This document shows, in pieces, positions 19,813-28,200 of a stretch of 38,663 nt of DNA; the first letter of the stretch is position 1; every line of letters starts with the position of its first letter. The stretch is taken from contig CALHBU010000113.1 in assembly GCA_937930655.1 (NCBI GenBank), forward strand, positions 1 to 38,663. Direction: 5' to 3'. A program made the position numbers and the translations under genes. This stretch comes from an uncultured Acidimicrobiales bacterium (GTDB taxonomy: Bacteria; Actinomycetota; Acidimicrobiia; Acidimicrobiales; SZUA-35). Under the pieces are notes generated by a model that was given only the letters and a program-made list of their open reading frames with translations, was not told the origin of the DNA and did not search any database.

Positions 19813-20748
19813 ATGCGGGTTGCCGTGCTGTGCGGCGGAGTCGGCGCTGCTCGGCTTCTCCGCGGCCTGGTCCCCCTCGTCGACGGACCCGACCTCACGG
19901 CAATCGTCAACGTCGGCGATGACCTGGAGCTACACGGGCTGCACGTCTCTCCTGATCTCGACACCATCACCTACACCCTGGCTGAAGCGGTGAGCGCGGA
20001 GCGAGGCTGGGGACTCGAAGGCGAAACCTGGCAGGCCATGGACATGGTCAAGCGCTACGGCGGCGTCGACTGGTTCGGTCTGGGTGATCGGGACCTCGGC
20101 ACCCATTTGTTCCGGACCCATCGCCTGGGGCAGGGAGCAACCCTGCACGAAGCGACGGCCGAGATCGTGGCCGCCTGGGATCTCGATCTCCACGTCCTGC
20201 CAGTCACCAACGATCGGCTCCGGACACTGGTGACCACGGTCGACGAGGGCGAGATCACGTTCCAGGAGTACTTCGTTCGGCGTCAGCACGACGTTGCCGT
20301 CACCTCGGTGCGTTTTGAGCTGGCCGAGGGTCTGTTGCCTGCCCCCGGTGTGCTGGATGCCCTGGCCCAGGCCGATGTCATCGTCGTTGCGCCGTCCAAC
20401 CCCGTGGTATCGATCGATCCCGTGCTCGTGGTGCCCGGTGTTACCGAGCTTCTGCGATCCCGCCGAGATGATGTGGTCGCGGTGTCGCCCATCATCGGAG
20501 GCAAGGCGCTCAAGGGCCCGGCCGACCGGCTGTTGGTCGAGTTGGGTCGGGAATCAACAGCCGTTGGCGTGGCCGAGTGGTACCGGGAGATCATCGGCAC
20601 TTTGGTAGTTGACGATGTCGATGCCTCACTGACTGCCGACATTGAGGCTCACGGCGTCACCTGCGTGGTGGCGCCTACCATCATGTCTGACCTCAAGAAA
20701 GCCACTGCCCTCGGACAAGTTGTCTTAAACGCATCAGCTAGCCGTTAG
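19813..20748 (+). CDS. cofD: 2-phospho-L-lactate (or enolpyruvyl) transferase CofD/FbiA, coenzyme F420 biosynthesis
   Basis: 311 aa. It starts MRVAVLCGGVGAARLLRGL, followed by IVNVGDD ... HVSPDLDT and IVVAPSNPVVSIDPVL. The ATG lies 3 nt after the gmd stop. Confidence 0.9.
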   Translation: MRVAVLCGGVGAARLLRGLVPLVDGPDLTAIVNVGDDLELHGLHVSPDLDTITYTLAEAVSAERGWGLEGETWQAMDMVKRYGGVDWFGLGDRDLGTHLFRTHRLGQGATLHEATAEIVAAWDLDLHVLPVTNDRLRTLVTTVDEGEITFQEYFVRRQHDVAVTSVRFELAEGLLPAPGVLDALAQADVIVVAPSNPVVSIDPVLVVPGVTELLRSRRDDVVAVSPIIGGKALKGPADRLLVELGRESTAVGVAEWYREIIGTLVVDDVDASLTADIEAHGVTCVVAPTIMSDLKKATALGQVVLNASASR

Positions 20749-20774
20749 AAGTCAGCACGTGACTCGCACCGCGA

Positions 20775-21461
20775 CTAGCTGTCGCGGGCTCCCAGTTGCT
20801 CGATCTGATCGACCAGGGGTGACTTGGGAATGTCGGCCGGGTCGGTGCCGACAGGAAGCCGGGCCAGGGTGAGGGCATAGTTGTCCTTGGTCACAAGGAA
20901 CTCGGCAAGGTTCTCGGTAAAGACCTCGGTGGGCTCGGCGGCCTGCGGGTCGTCCCAGTAGGCCAGAACCAGCTCCGAGGGCTCGCCAGCGCAATCTTGC
21001 GCCTCGTCGAGCACGCCTGGCACCTCAGAGGGTCCTGGGGTGTAGGTCGAGTCGGTGAGCACACCACCGGTCGACCGAAGGTACGTCTCGAGGGTGGCGT
21101 TCTTGCCTGACGCAGCACCGTTGAAGGGGTGCACGTGCATGAGGCCGTCTCCGTGGGTGTGCACACCGTCCTCACTTAGGTCGTTGCTGGCGAAAGGCAG
21201 ATCAGTGCCGCAATCGTGAATCAGTAGGGCGCCATGCCAATGATCGATAAGCGCCCGGGGCGCAACATCGACGTTGCTCTCCCGCTGGGTAGCCAATACA
21301 CCGACCGCTGCTGCTCCAATGAGCACGACAACCACGACCACCGGGACAAACCAGGATCGCCCCTGATCTACCGGATTGATCGGCTTCGGTTTCCTGTCTC
21401 GACGCGATTCCTTTCCCACGATGCGACAGGGTAGAGGGCTCAGGGCCTCTACCGTGGGCAC
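20775..21461 (-). CDS. Membrane-anchored His-rich protein of unknown function
   Basis: 228-aa ORF from GTG 21461, or 214 aa from in-frame GTG 21419, which I favour. It has a basic N-terminus and one TM helix (WFVPVVVVVVLIGAAAVGVL). The ectodomain carries HWHGALLIHDCG and GVHTHGDGLMHVHPF. I recognise no family with known function. Confidence 0.55.
   Translation of the reverse strand: MPTVEALSPLPCRIVGKESRRDRKPKPINPVDQGRSWFVPVVVVVVLIGAAAVGVLATQRESNVDVAPRALIDHWHGALLIHDCGTDLPFASNDLSEDGVHTHGDGLMHVHPFNGAASGKNATLETYLRSTGGVLTDSTYTPGPSEVPGVLDEAQDCAGEPSELVLAYWDDPQAAEPTEVFTENLAEFLVTKDNYALTLARLPVGTDPADIPKSPLVDQIEQLGARDS
21450..21455 (+). promoter_or_regulatory. Candidate -10 element TACCGT 6 nt before the cofE ATG (leaderless-type)
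   Basis: TACCGT-gggcac-ATG. It lies inside the annotated N-terminal extension of the opposite-strand 228-aa ORF. Confidence 0.4.
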
Positions 21462-22196
21462 ATGCTGAGACGGCTCGAAATTCTTCCTGTCCCCGGGCTT
21501 CCCGAAGTCGGCCCCGGTGATGATCTCGCAGGCCAGATCATCACCGCCTGCCTTGAGGGAGCCGCCGATGGCTTCGATCCTGTCGGCCTAGCCGACGAAG
21601 ACGTCCTGGTCGTCAGCCAGAAGGTGGTGTCCAAAGCCGAGAGCCGACAGGTCATTGTCGACCCCGACGACCCACTGGCCCACAAACCGCTGGTTCTCCA
21701 GGAATCGGCCAGGGTTGTTCGACGACGGGGCGACCTGATCATTAGCGAGACCAAGCACGGCTTCGTCTGCGCCAACGCCGGAATCGACCGGTCCAATGTC
21801 GCCCCCGACGTTGCCCTGCTCCTTCCTGAGGACAGCGACCGGTCGGCCCGGCGACTTCGCGACGCCATCAAGCATCGAGCCAACGCAACGGTCGGAGTCA
21901 TCGTCGCCGACACCTTCGGCCGACCGTGGCGACGAGGCCTCACCGACATCGCCATTGGGTGCGCCGGGTTGGTTCCCGTACTCGACCTACGCGGCACCGA
22001 CGACGCAGTTGGTCGGGAACTTCACGTCACCGAGGTGTGCATCGTCGACGAACTGGCGGGAGCAGCCGAGCTGGTCAGAGGCAAGTCGGACGGTATTGCG
22101 GTCGCCGTCATTCGGGGTGTTGATCCAGCCTGGTTCGGCGAAGGTTCGGTTGTCGGCGACATCGTGCGCCATCCGACTGAAGATCTCTTTCGGTGA
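21462..22196 (+). CDS. cofE: Coenzyme F420-0:L-glutamate ligase CofE, single-domain form
   Basis: 244 aa. The N-terminus LEILPVPGLPEVGPGDDLA, then VVSQKVVSKAE and CANAGID, are typical of CofE and the FbiB N-terminal domain. The ORF stops at 22196 with no nitroreductase-like C-terminal domain. Confidence 0.85.
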   Translation: MLRRLEILPVPGLPEVGPGDDLAGQIITACLEGAADGFDPVGLADEDVLVVSQKVVSKAESRQVIVDPDDPLAHKPLVLQESARVVRRRGDLIISETKHGFVCANAGIDRSNVAPDVALLLPEDSDRSARRLRDAIKHRANATVGVIVADTFGRPWRRGLTDIAIGCAGLVPVLDLRGTDDAVGRELHVTEVCIVDELAGAAELVRGKSDGIAVAVIRGVDPAWFGEGSVVGDIVRHPTEDLFR

Positions 22197-22212
22197 GGCG
22201 CGGCAACCTCAG

Positions 22213-24717
22213 GTGACCGACACCACTCAACTGCCGAACGACATGCCACCACTGGTCAGACAGCTACCCCCGGCCCCCGACCCCGACGCGCTTCTCGACG
22301 GGTTCGTCGACTACGTCACCGAGCAGGGCATCAGCCTCTACGACGCGCAGGAGGAGGCCATCCTCGAACTGCTGGATGGCAACAACGTCATCCTCGCCAC
22401 GCCAACCGGCTCGGGAAAGTCGCTGGTGGCCACCGCCGCTCACTTCGCCGCCCTGGCTGCTGACCGGAGGAGCGTGTACACCGCCCCGATCAAGGCGCTG
22501 GTGTCGGAGAAGTTTTTCTCGCTGTGCCGGGAGTTCGGCTCGGAACGGGTCGGCATGATCACCGGTGATGCATCGGTCAACCCCGAGGCACCGATCATCT
22601 GCTGTACCGCCGAGATTCTCGCCAATTGGGCCCTACGAGATGGCGCCGAGGCCGATGTCGACGTCGTCATCGCCGACGAGTTCCATTTCTATGCCGATCC
22701 GCAGCGGGGCTGGGCATGGCAACTTCCGCTGCTCGAGCTACCTCACTGCCAGTTTCTGCTTCTGTCGGCCACCCTCGGACCGACAGAGTTTTTCGAGCGG
22801 GAGCTGAGCCGTCTGACTGGCCGCACCACGGCATTGGTGGCCAGCGACAACCGCCCGGTGCCACTCGAGTTCGACTATCGACGCACCACGCTCCACCAGT
22901 CGGTCGAAGACCTCCTCGAAAGCGGCCGATCTCCCATCTATCTGGTTCACTTCACCCAACGGGAGGCCACCGAAGCGGCCCAGAACTATCTCTCCCTCGA
23001 CCCGCTGAGCAAGGACGAAAAGGAACAGATCAAGCACGCCATCGGTGGCTTCCGGTTCGACTCACCCATCGGTAAGGACCTCCGGCGGTACCTGGTTGGC
23101 GGTATTGGGGTTCATCACGCTGGTTTGCTTCCCAAGTACCGCCTGCTGGTCGAGAAGCTGGCCCAGGATGGGCTGCTCAAGATCATCTGCGGCACCGACA
23201 CGCTCGGGGTCGGAGTCAACGTCCCGATCCGCAGCGTCCTGTTCACCCAGCTGTGCAAATACGACGGCACCGAGACCCGGATTCTCCGTCGGCGCGAGTT
23301 CAAGCAGATTGCGGGCCGAGCCGGCCGAAAGGGCTTCGACGATCTCGGCACCGTTTGGGCACAAGCTCCCGCTCATGTGGTCGAGAACCTCAAATCAGAG
23401 GCAAAGGCGGCAGCCGATCCGAAGAAAAAGAAGAAGCTGGTCAAGAAGAAGCAACCGGACCGGGGCTACGCCCATTGGACCGAAGACACCTTCACCAAGA
23501 TGATCAACGGCGACCCCGAGCCGTTGAGGTCGAGTTTCGGCATCAACCATCAGATGGTCATGAGCGTGCTCGATCGGCCAGGTGATGGTTGCGCCGATCT
23601 CCGACATCTCCTGACCAACAATCATGAGCCGCGACGACGGCAGCGGGCCCACATCAAGCGGAGCATCGCCATCTATCGGTCGCTGGTCGATGCCGACCTT
23701 TTGGAGTTCCCTGACGAGCCGGACGAGTTCGGCCGTCGAGTGCGGGTGAACTTCGATCTCCAGGACGAGTTTGCGTTGCACCAACCACTGTCACTTTGGG
23801 CCATCGAGGCCATCGAGCAGCTGGATCACCGGCGAGCCGAGCCAGATCACGCCCTTGATGTGCTCACCGTCATCGAGTCAATCCTGGAGAATCCGGGCGT
23901 GATCATCGCGGCCCAGGTGAACAAGGCCAAAGACGAGCTCATGGCCGAGATGAAGACGAGTGGTGTCGAGTACGAGGAACGGATGGAACGACTGGTCGAA
24001 GTTGAACCACCGAAGCCAAACAAGGAATGGCTCTACGAGTCCTTTGATGCCTTTCGGGTCAATCACCCATGGGTAGGCAGCGACAACGTCCGACCGAAAT
24101 CAGTCGTCAGGGAACTGTTCGAGACCGCCATGACCTTCGGCGAATACGTGACCCACTACGGGCTGAAGCGGTCCGAGGGGGTCGTGCTTCGCTATCTGTC
24201 CGACGTGTACTCGGCGTTGGGCCAGAACATTCCCGAGGACTTCAAGACCGACGAGCTCGATGACATCGTGGAGTGGCTCGGTGCCGTCGTCCGGCAGGTC
24301 GACTCCAGTCTGATCGATGAGTGGGAACGGCTCACGAGCGGCGATCCCCTTGCTCCGGCGGAGGAGATCCGACCCGAGGTCGACCTCCCCATCACCGCCA
24401 ATCAAAGGGTGTTCCGGGTGATGGTGCGGAACGAAGCGTTTCGCATCGTGCAGCTGTTGGCTCGACGTCGGACCTTCGAGTTGGGCGAGCATGTAACCGA
24501 GGCCATGGCCGGGTACTGGGAGGAGCATGACGAGTTGCTGACCGGCCCCGACGCTCGATCTCCCGAACGTTTCTCCTTCGACGGTTCAGCTGTGGTTCAG
24601 ACACTGCAGGACCCGGAGGATCACGATGAGTGGGTGCTGCGTTCGACCATCGATGTCGAGCAATCGAACGAGCTGGGCAAAGCAGTTTTCGGCGAGGTCT
24701 CGGTAGAGCGGCTCTAG
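22213..24717 (+). CDS. Ski2-like DEAD/DEAH-box helicase with a long C-terminal domain (DUF3516-type)
   Basis: Motif I ATPTGSGKS, motif II ADEFH, SATL, and HHAGLLP...GTDTLGVGVNVP...QIAGRAGR. The start is uncertain: GTG 22213 (834 aa) or ATG 22243. The track's start at 21796 overlaps cofE in another frame and reads as low-complexity sequence. Confidence 0.85.
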   Translation: MTDTTQLPNDMPPLVRQLPPAPDPDALLDGFVDYVTEQGISLYDAQEEAILELLDGNNVILATPTGSGKSLVATAAHFAALAADRRSVYTAPIKALVSEKFFSLCREFGSERVGMITGDASVNPEAPIICCTAEILANWALRDGAEADVDVVIADEFHFYADPQRGWAWQLPLLELPHCQFLLLSATLGPTEFFERELSRLTGRTTALVASDNRPVPLEFDYRRTTLHQSVEDLLESGRSPIYLVHFTQREATEAAQNYLSLDPLSKDEKEQIKHAIGGFRFDSPIGKDLRRYLVGGIGVHHAGLLPKYRLLVEKLAQDGLLKIICGTDTLGVGVNVPIRSVLFTQLCKYDGTETRILRRREFKQIAGRAGRKGFDDLGTVWAQAPAHVVENLKSEAKAAADPKKKKKLVKKKQPDRGYAHWTEDTFTKMINGDPEPLRSSFGINHQMVMSVLDRPGDGCADLRHLLTNNHEPRRRQRAHIKRSIAIYRSLVDADLLEFPDEPDEFGRRVRVNFDLQDEFALHQPLSLWAIEAIEQLDHRRAEPDHALDVLTVIESILENPGVIIAAQVNKAKDELMAEMKTSGVEYEERMERLVEVEPPKPNKEWLYESFDAFRVNHPWVGSDNVRPKSVVRELFETAMTFGEYVTHYGLKRSEGVVLRYLSDVYSALGQNIPEDFKTDELDDIVEWLGAVVRQVDSSLIDEWERLTSGDPLAPAEEIRPEVDLPITANQRVFRVMVRNEAFRIVQLLARRRTFELGEHVTEAMAGYWEEHDELLTGPDARSPERFSFDGSAVVQTLQDPEDHDEWVLRSTIDVEQSNELGKAVFGEVSVERL

Positions 24718-24754
24718 AAAACTGGGCTCTAGAGAACTGGGCTCTAAAGAACAG
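24710..24754. repeat. Three tandem copies of a 15-bp unit (GGCTCTAGAAAACTG / GGCTCTAGAGAACTG / GGCTCTAAAGAACAG)
   Basis: Read directly from the sequence. Copies differ by 1-2 nt. Copy 1 contains the helicase TAG stop (24715-24717). Copy 3 contains the manC stop (complement of 24744-24746). Confidence 0.9.
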
Positions 24755-24764
24755 AGTCCCAGTT
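24735..24764. terminator. Imperfect hairpin between the convergent helicase and manC genes (candidate bidirectional terminator)
   Basis: AACTGGGCTCT (24735-24745) pairs with AGAGTCCCAGTT (24753-24764): 11 bp with one bulged T and a 7-nt loop. There is no clear U-tract, so the function is tentative. Confidence 0.35.
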
Positions 24765-25832
24765 GCCGGACTCGCGCAGCAAGGTCACCATCCGTTTGAC
24801 GTCCTGGGCTTTGTCTTTGGGACACACCAGGGTGGCGCCTTCGGTGTGAACCACGATGAGATCGTCGACCCCGATCAGCGCGGTGAGATGCCCATCGGCG
24901 GAGACCACGATGTTGTTCGCCGCATCGATCACCTCGACCGAGCCACTCACGCTGTTGCCGACATCATCGGTAGGCAGATGGTCGGCAACCTCTGGCCAGC
25001 TGCCGACGTCGTCCCACTTGAACCGACCCTCGGCCATGACAATGTTGTCGGCCTTCTCCATGAGGGCGTAGTCGATGGAGATCTTCTCCAACGGCTCGAA
25101 CAAACGGGCCAGCTCTGAGGCAAACGCTGGAGTGTCAACGGACGGAGCCAGCGCATCGATGAGATCGGCAAGCGGAGGCGTATGGGCCCGGAAGGCAGTC
25201 TGCAGGCTGCGTACCGACCAGGCGAACATTCCAGAGTTCCAGGAAAAATCGCCGGAATCCACGTAGGCCTGGGCCGTTTCCAGATTCGGTTTCTCGACAA
25301 ACCGGGTGACGCGGCGAAACGCAATGTCGCCGGAGGTCTCGACCGGCTCGGTGGCTTCGACGTAGCCGAAGGCCGTGCTTGGGGCCGTCGGGGTGATGCC
25401 GATGGTCACCAGCACATCACTCGTCGCCGCCAACTCGAGGCCTTCTCGAAGTGTCTGTCTATAGAGATCGAGATCGCCCATTACGTGGTCGGCGGTGACG
25501 ATGCAGAAGACTCCCTCCGGGTCGCGGGCCTTCACTACCGCACCAGCGAGAGCGACAGCGGCCGCGGTGTCGCGGCGAACCGGCTCACCGATGACGTTGC
25601 CGGCCAACAGGTCGGGTGAGCAGGCGACCGTGGCATCAACCAAGTCAGCGCTGGTGAGAACCAGAACTCGCTCCGCCGGAATGAGCCCTTCGAGCCGGTC
25701 GACGGCCATTTCCAGCATCGTGCGGTCACCAAGAAGTGAGAGCAACTGCTTGGGCCGGGCCATGGTGCTTGCTGGCCAGAACCGTTCGCCGTATCCGCCA
25801 GCCAAGATCACTGCATACGCGTGCTCGAGCAT
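24744..25832 (-). CDS. manC: Mannose-1-phosphate guanylyltransferase (GDP-mannose pyrophosphorylase)
   Basis: 362 aa. It has AVILAGGYGERFWP at the N-terminus and a nucleotidyltransferase fold. The size and lack of a C-terminal PMI domain match the actinobacterial ManB/ManC type. The start shares one base with the upstream GT4 stop. Confidence 0.88.
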   Translation of the reverse strand: MLEHAYAVILAGGYGERFWPASTMARPKQLLSLLGDRTMLEMAVDRLEGLIPAERVLVLTSADLVDATVACSPDLLAGNVIGEPVRRDTAAAVALAGAVVKARDPEGVFCIVTADHVMGDLDLYRQTLREGLELAATSDVLVTIGITPTAPSTAFGYVEATEPVETSGDIAFRRVTRFVEKPNLETAQAYVDSGDFSWNSGMFAWSVRSLQTAFRAHTPPLADLIDALAPSVDTPAFASELARLFEPLEKISIDYALMEKADNIVMAEGRFKWDDVGSWPEVADHLPTDDVGNSVSGSVEVIDAANNIVVSADGHLTALIGVDDLIVVHTEGATLVCPKDKAQDVKRMVTLLRESGNWDSVL

Positions 25833-27088
25833 CAGTTCCTTCCGGCCTTTTGGCCTGTGAGTTCGAAGAACAGTTTCTCATAGGCCTCGGCCTGAGCCGA
25901 TGGCGTCAGCCACGTCTCGACAAAGGTCCTGGCTCGCTCCCCCATCGCCCGCAACTCGTGGGGGTCGACAATCAGCTTCTCGAGCGCTTCAAGGAACAGC
26001 GCCGGACTATCGGGGGCGACTGCCAACCCCGCTCCGGCCCGGGCGATGATGTTGTCGACTTCAGAACCGGAATCGATCGACGCCAGAAGAGGGCGACCGG
26101 CAGCCAGAACACCGTAGAGCTTGGACGGAGTGCTGGACCGAGACAACCCCTCCTTGAGGAGGATCAGGTGAAGATCAGCGGCGCCGAGGACATCGCCGAC
26201 CTCGTCCCTCGGCGCGAAGTCGGTGACCAAGACGTTTGGGAGGTGAGCCGCCCACTGGTCAACATCCCGCCTGGCCGCGCCCTCGCCATTCACCACGAAG
26301 TGAATATCGGCCCGATCCCGCCATGCGGTAGCCGCCTGCCGAACAAGATCGAACGACTGCGACAGGCCGACGTTGCCCGAATACATCACCACCGTCTTGT
26401 CACCAAGACCATGTCGGCGTCGGTAGGCCGTTGCTCGGTCGACGGGAACGATCCGTTGCAGATCCACGAAGTTGTGGATGATTCTGACCCGGTCGTCGCT
26501 GCCTATCGAACCGGGAGGTGAACACTTGGCCCGCACATTGGCTGCTTGATCCTCGGAGAGCACGGTGATGGCGTCGGCTCGTCGATACACCGAGCGCTCG
26601 TGACGTCGCGCCAGCTCGATGACTCGCTCGTTGGACAGGGCTCCAAGTTCGACCGCCACATCGGGGAAGATGTCCTGAACGTTGAAGACGAACGGAACCC
26701 GCCAGCGTTTGGCCACCAACCAGCCGGCATCGGCCAGAAAGATGGGAGGCGACATGGCGATGACGACATCGGGCCGTTCCAGGGTGAGAGCAGCACCGGC
26801 GACCAGCGAGGTAAAACCACCGAACCCAACCGCCCGGGCCGGAATGTTTGTCTTGTCGGTAGGAAAGGGCCAGACCCGGGTGACCGAACCGAAATCGGTC
26901 GCTTCTCGTCGCCACGGTCGGCCCCGCCACGCCTCCTCAACGTCGTGCTGGTGGTACCAGGGAAGACTCGTGACGACATCGACCCGGTGGCCCCTGTCGG
27001 CCAGCGCTTTGACCAGCTGGGTCATGACCTCGCCGGTTGCGGCATGGAGATCAGGCTCGAAATGAGGGCACAGAAGGAGCAGCTTCAT
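25832..27088 (-). CDS. Family-4 glycosyltransferase, WcaI/WbuB-like
   Basis: 418 aa. It starts MKLLLLCPHFEPD...G, has a GT-B architecture, and a C-terminal nucleotide-sugar pocket region (PSKLYGVLAAGRPLLA). Its ATG overlaps the upstream stop (ATGA 27085-27088). Confidence 0.85.
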   Translation of the reverse strand: MKLLLLCPHFEPDLHAATGEVMTQLVKALADRGHRVDVVTSLPWYHQHDVEEAWRGRPWRREATDFGSVTRVWPFPTDKTNIPARAVGFGGFTSLVAGAALTLERPDVVIAMSPPIFLADAGWLVAKRWRVPFVFNVQDIFPDVAVELGALSNERVIELARRHERSVYRRADAITVLSEDQAANVRAKCSPPGSIGSDDRVRIIHNFVDLQRIVPVDRATAYRRRHGLGDKTVVMYSGNVGLSQSFDLVRQAATAWRDRADIHFVVNGEGAARRDVDQWAAHLPNVLVTDFAPRDEVGDVLGAADLHLILLKEGLSRSSTPSKLYGVLAAGRPLLASIDSGSEVDNIIARAGAGLAVAPDSPALFLEALEKLIVDPHELRAMGERARTFVETWLTPSAQAEAYEKLFFELTGQKAGRN

Positions 27089-28200
27089 CGGAGTGCGTCA
27101 CGATAGGCGGTGACCAATGCGTCACCGGCGGACCGACTGTCGAAGTCGCCGGCTCGTGTCCTCCCCCGATGGCGAAGGTCATCGGCCAGATCTGGATCGC
27201 GGAGCAGCCGGTCGATGGCCTCGGCCAGGGCCCGAGGGCTTCCCGGCTGGAAAAGCAGCGCTGCACCGCCGGCCACTTCAGGGATGGCGGTGGCGTCGGC
27301 TGCGATCACCGGTGTTTCCCGCGACATAGCCTCGAGAATCGGATTGCCAAATCCTTCGTAGACCGAGGGGAAGACAACCGCGGCCGCTTGCCGGACCAAC
27401 TGATCGAGAGTTTCGGCCGAAACCCGGCCCCGGATCTCGACCCTGTCACCAAGTCCTCGTTGTTCAATGCTGCGTCGAAGATCGGCATCTGACGCACCGG
27501 GCCGGCCGGTGAAAACCAGGCGAAGTCGTTGATGTCGGGATGCAAGCAGATCGAGGGCGGCAACCGCATCAATGTGACGCTTGTGCGGATGACTCACCGC
27601 CGGGTAGAGCAAGAACGGGCTATCGGGCACCGATGCCACCACCGGCTGGAGGTCTCGTGCGACGGGTTCAGTGTGAACCGGTGGCACGACGGCCAGACGA
27701 TTGGGGGCGACACCCAGGAGCTCGACGACTCGGTCGGCTGAGTAGTGGGACGGGGTGATAATTCGGTCGGCTCGTCTCGCCACCCGAGGAAGCATGGCCT
27801 TGAACCAGCGCCGCTGGCCGACCGAGAAGTTGGCACCCAGCTCGAGGGGTTGAAGATCGTGAACGGTGACAACGACCCGTTGGCGACTACCGAAGGGGGC
27901 GATCCCACCACCGTGATGCATCAGCTCGTGCTGTCGACCAACCACGGCCAGCCAGCTGCACTCGGCCGCGAAGCGGGCCGGTTTCATCGCAACCGAGCGG
28001 GGCAAGGTGACGACGTCGAATGCCTCGGCGAGATGGGGATGCGCTTCGATCAGAGTCGGCTGAGCGAAAATGGTGATAGCGACTTCCTCTGCATCGGCAA
28101 CCGCGTCGAGCAAGCCAATGGTGTACTCCTCGCTGCCACCAACGATGCCCGGTATCAGCCAAAGCAGGTTCACCCCGACCCTGATCGCCGGCTCAACCAT
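27085..28200 (-). CDS. Family-4 glycosyltransferase
   Basis: Start placed at ATG 28200 (MVEPAIRVGVNLLWL...), giving 371 aa. It has the GT4 EX7E region VFPSVYEGFGNPILEAMSRETPVIA. There is an 8-bp overlap (ATGGTTGA) with the upstream GT4 stop at 28193. The track's N-terminal extension to 28296 overlaps that gene. Confidence 0.85.
   Translation of the reverse strand: MVEPAIRVGVNLLWLIPGIVGGSEEYTIGLLDAVADAEEVAITIFAQPTLIEAHPHLAEAFDVVTLPRSVAMKPARFAAECSWLAVVGRQHELMHHGGGIAPFGSRQRVVVTVHDLQPLELGANFSVGQRRWFKAMLPRVARRADRIITPSHYSADRVVELLGVAPNRLAVVPPVHTEPVARDLQPVVASVPDSPFLLYPAVSHPHKRHIDAVAALDLLASRHQRLRLVFTGRPGASDADLRRSIEQRGLGDRVEIRGRVSAETLDQLVRQAAAVVFPSVYEGFGNPILEAMSRETPVIAADATAIPEVAGGAALLFQPGSPRALAEAIDRLLRDPDLADDLRHRGRTRAGDFDSRSAGDALVTAYRDALR

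Noticed and set aside
20749-20774. Hairpin AGTCA-GCACG-TGACT between the convergent cofD and 228-aa ORF
   Set aside because: It has only a 5-bp stem and no U-tract. That is too weak to call a terminator.
21796-22212. N-terminal extension of the helicase ORF overlapping cofE
   Set aside because: It is out of frame with the well-supported cofE, and the translation is Ser/Pro/Thr-rich junk. Helicase-like sequence begins only after the cofE stop.
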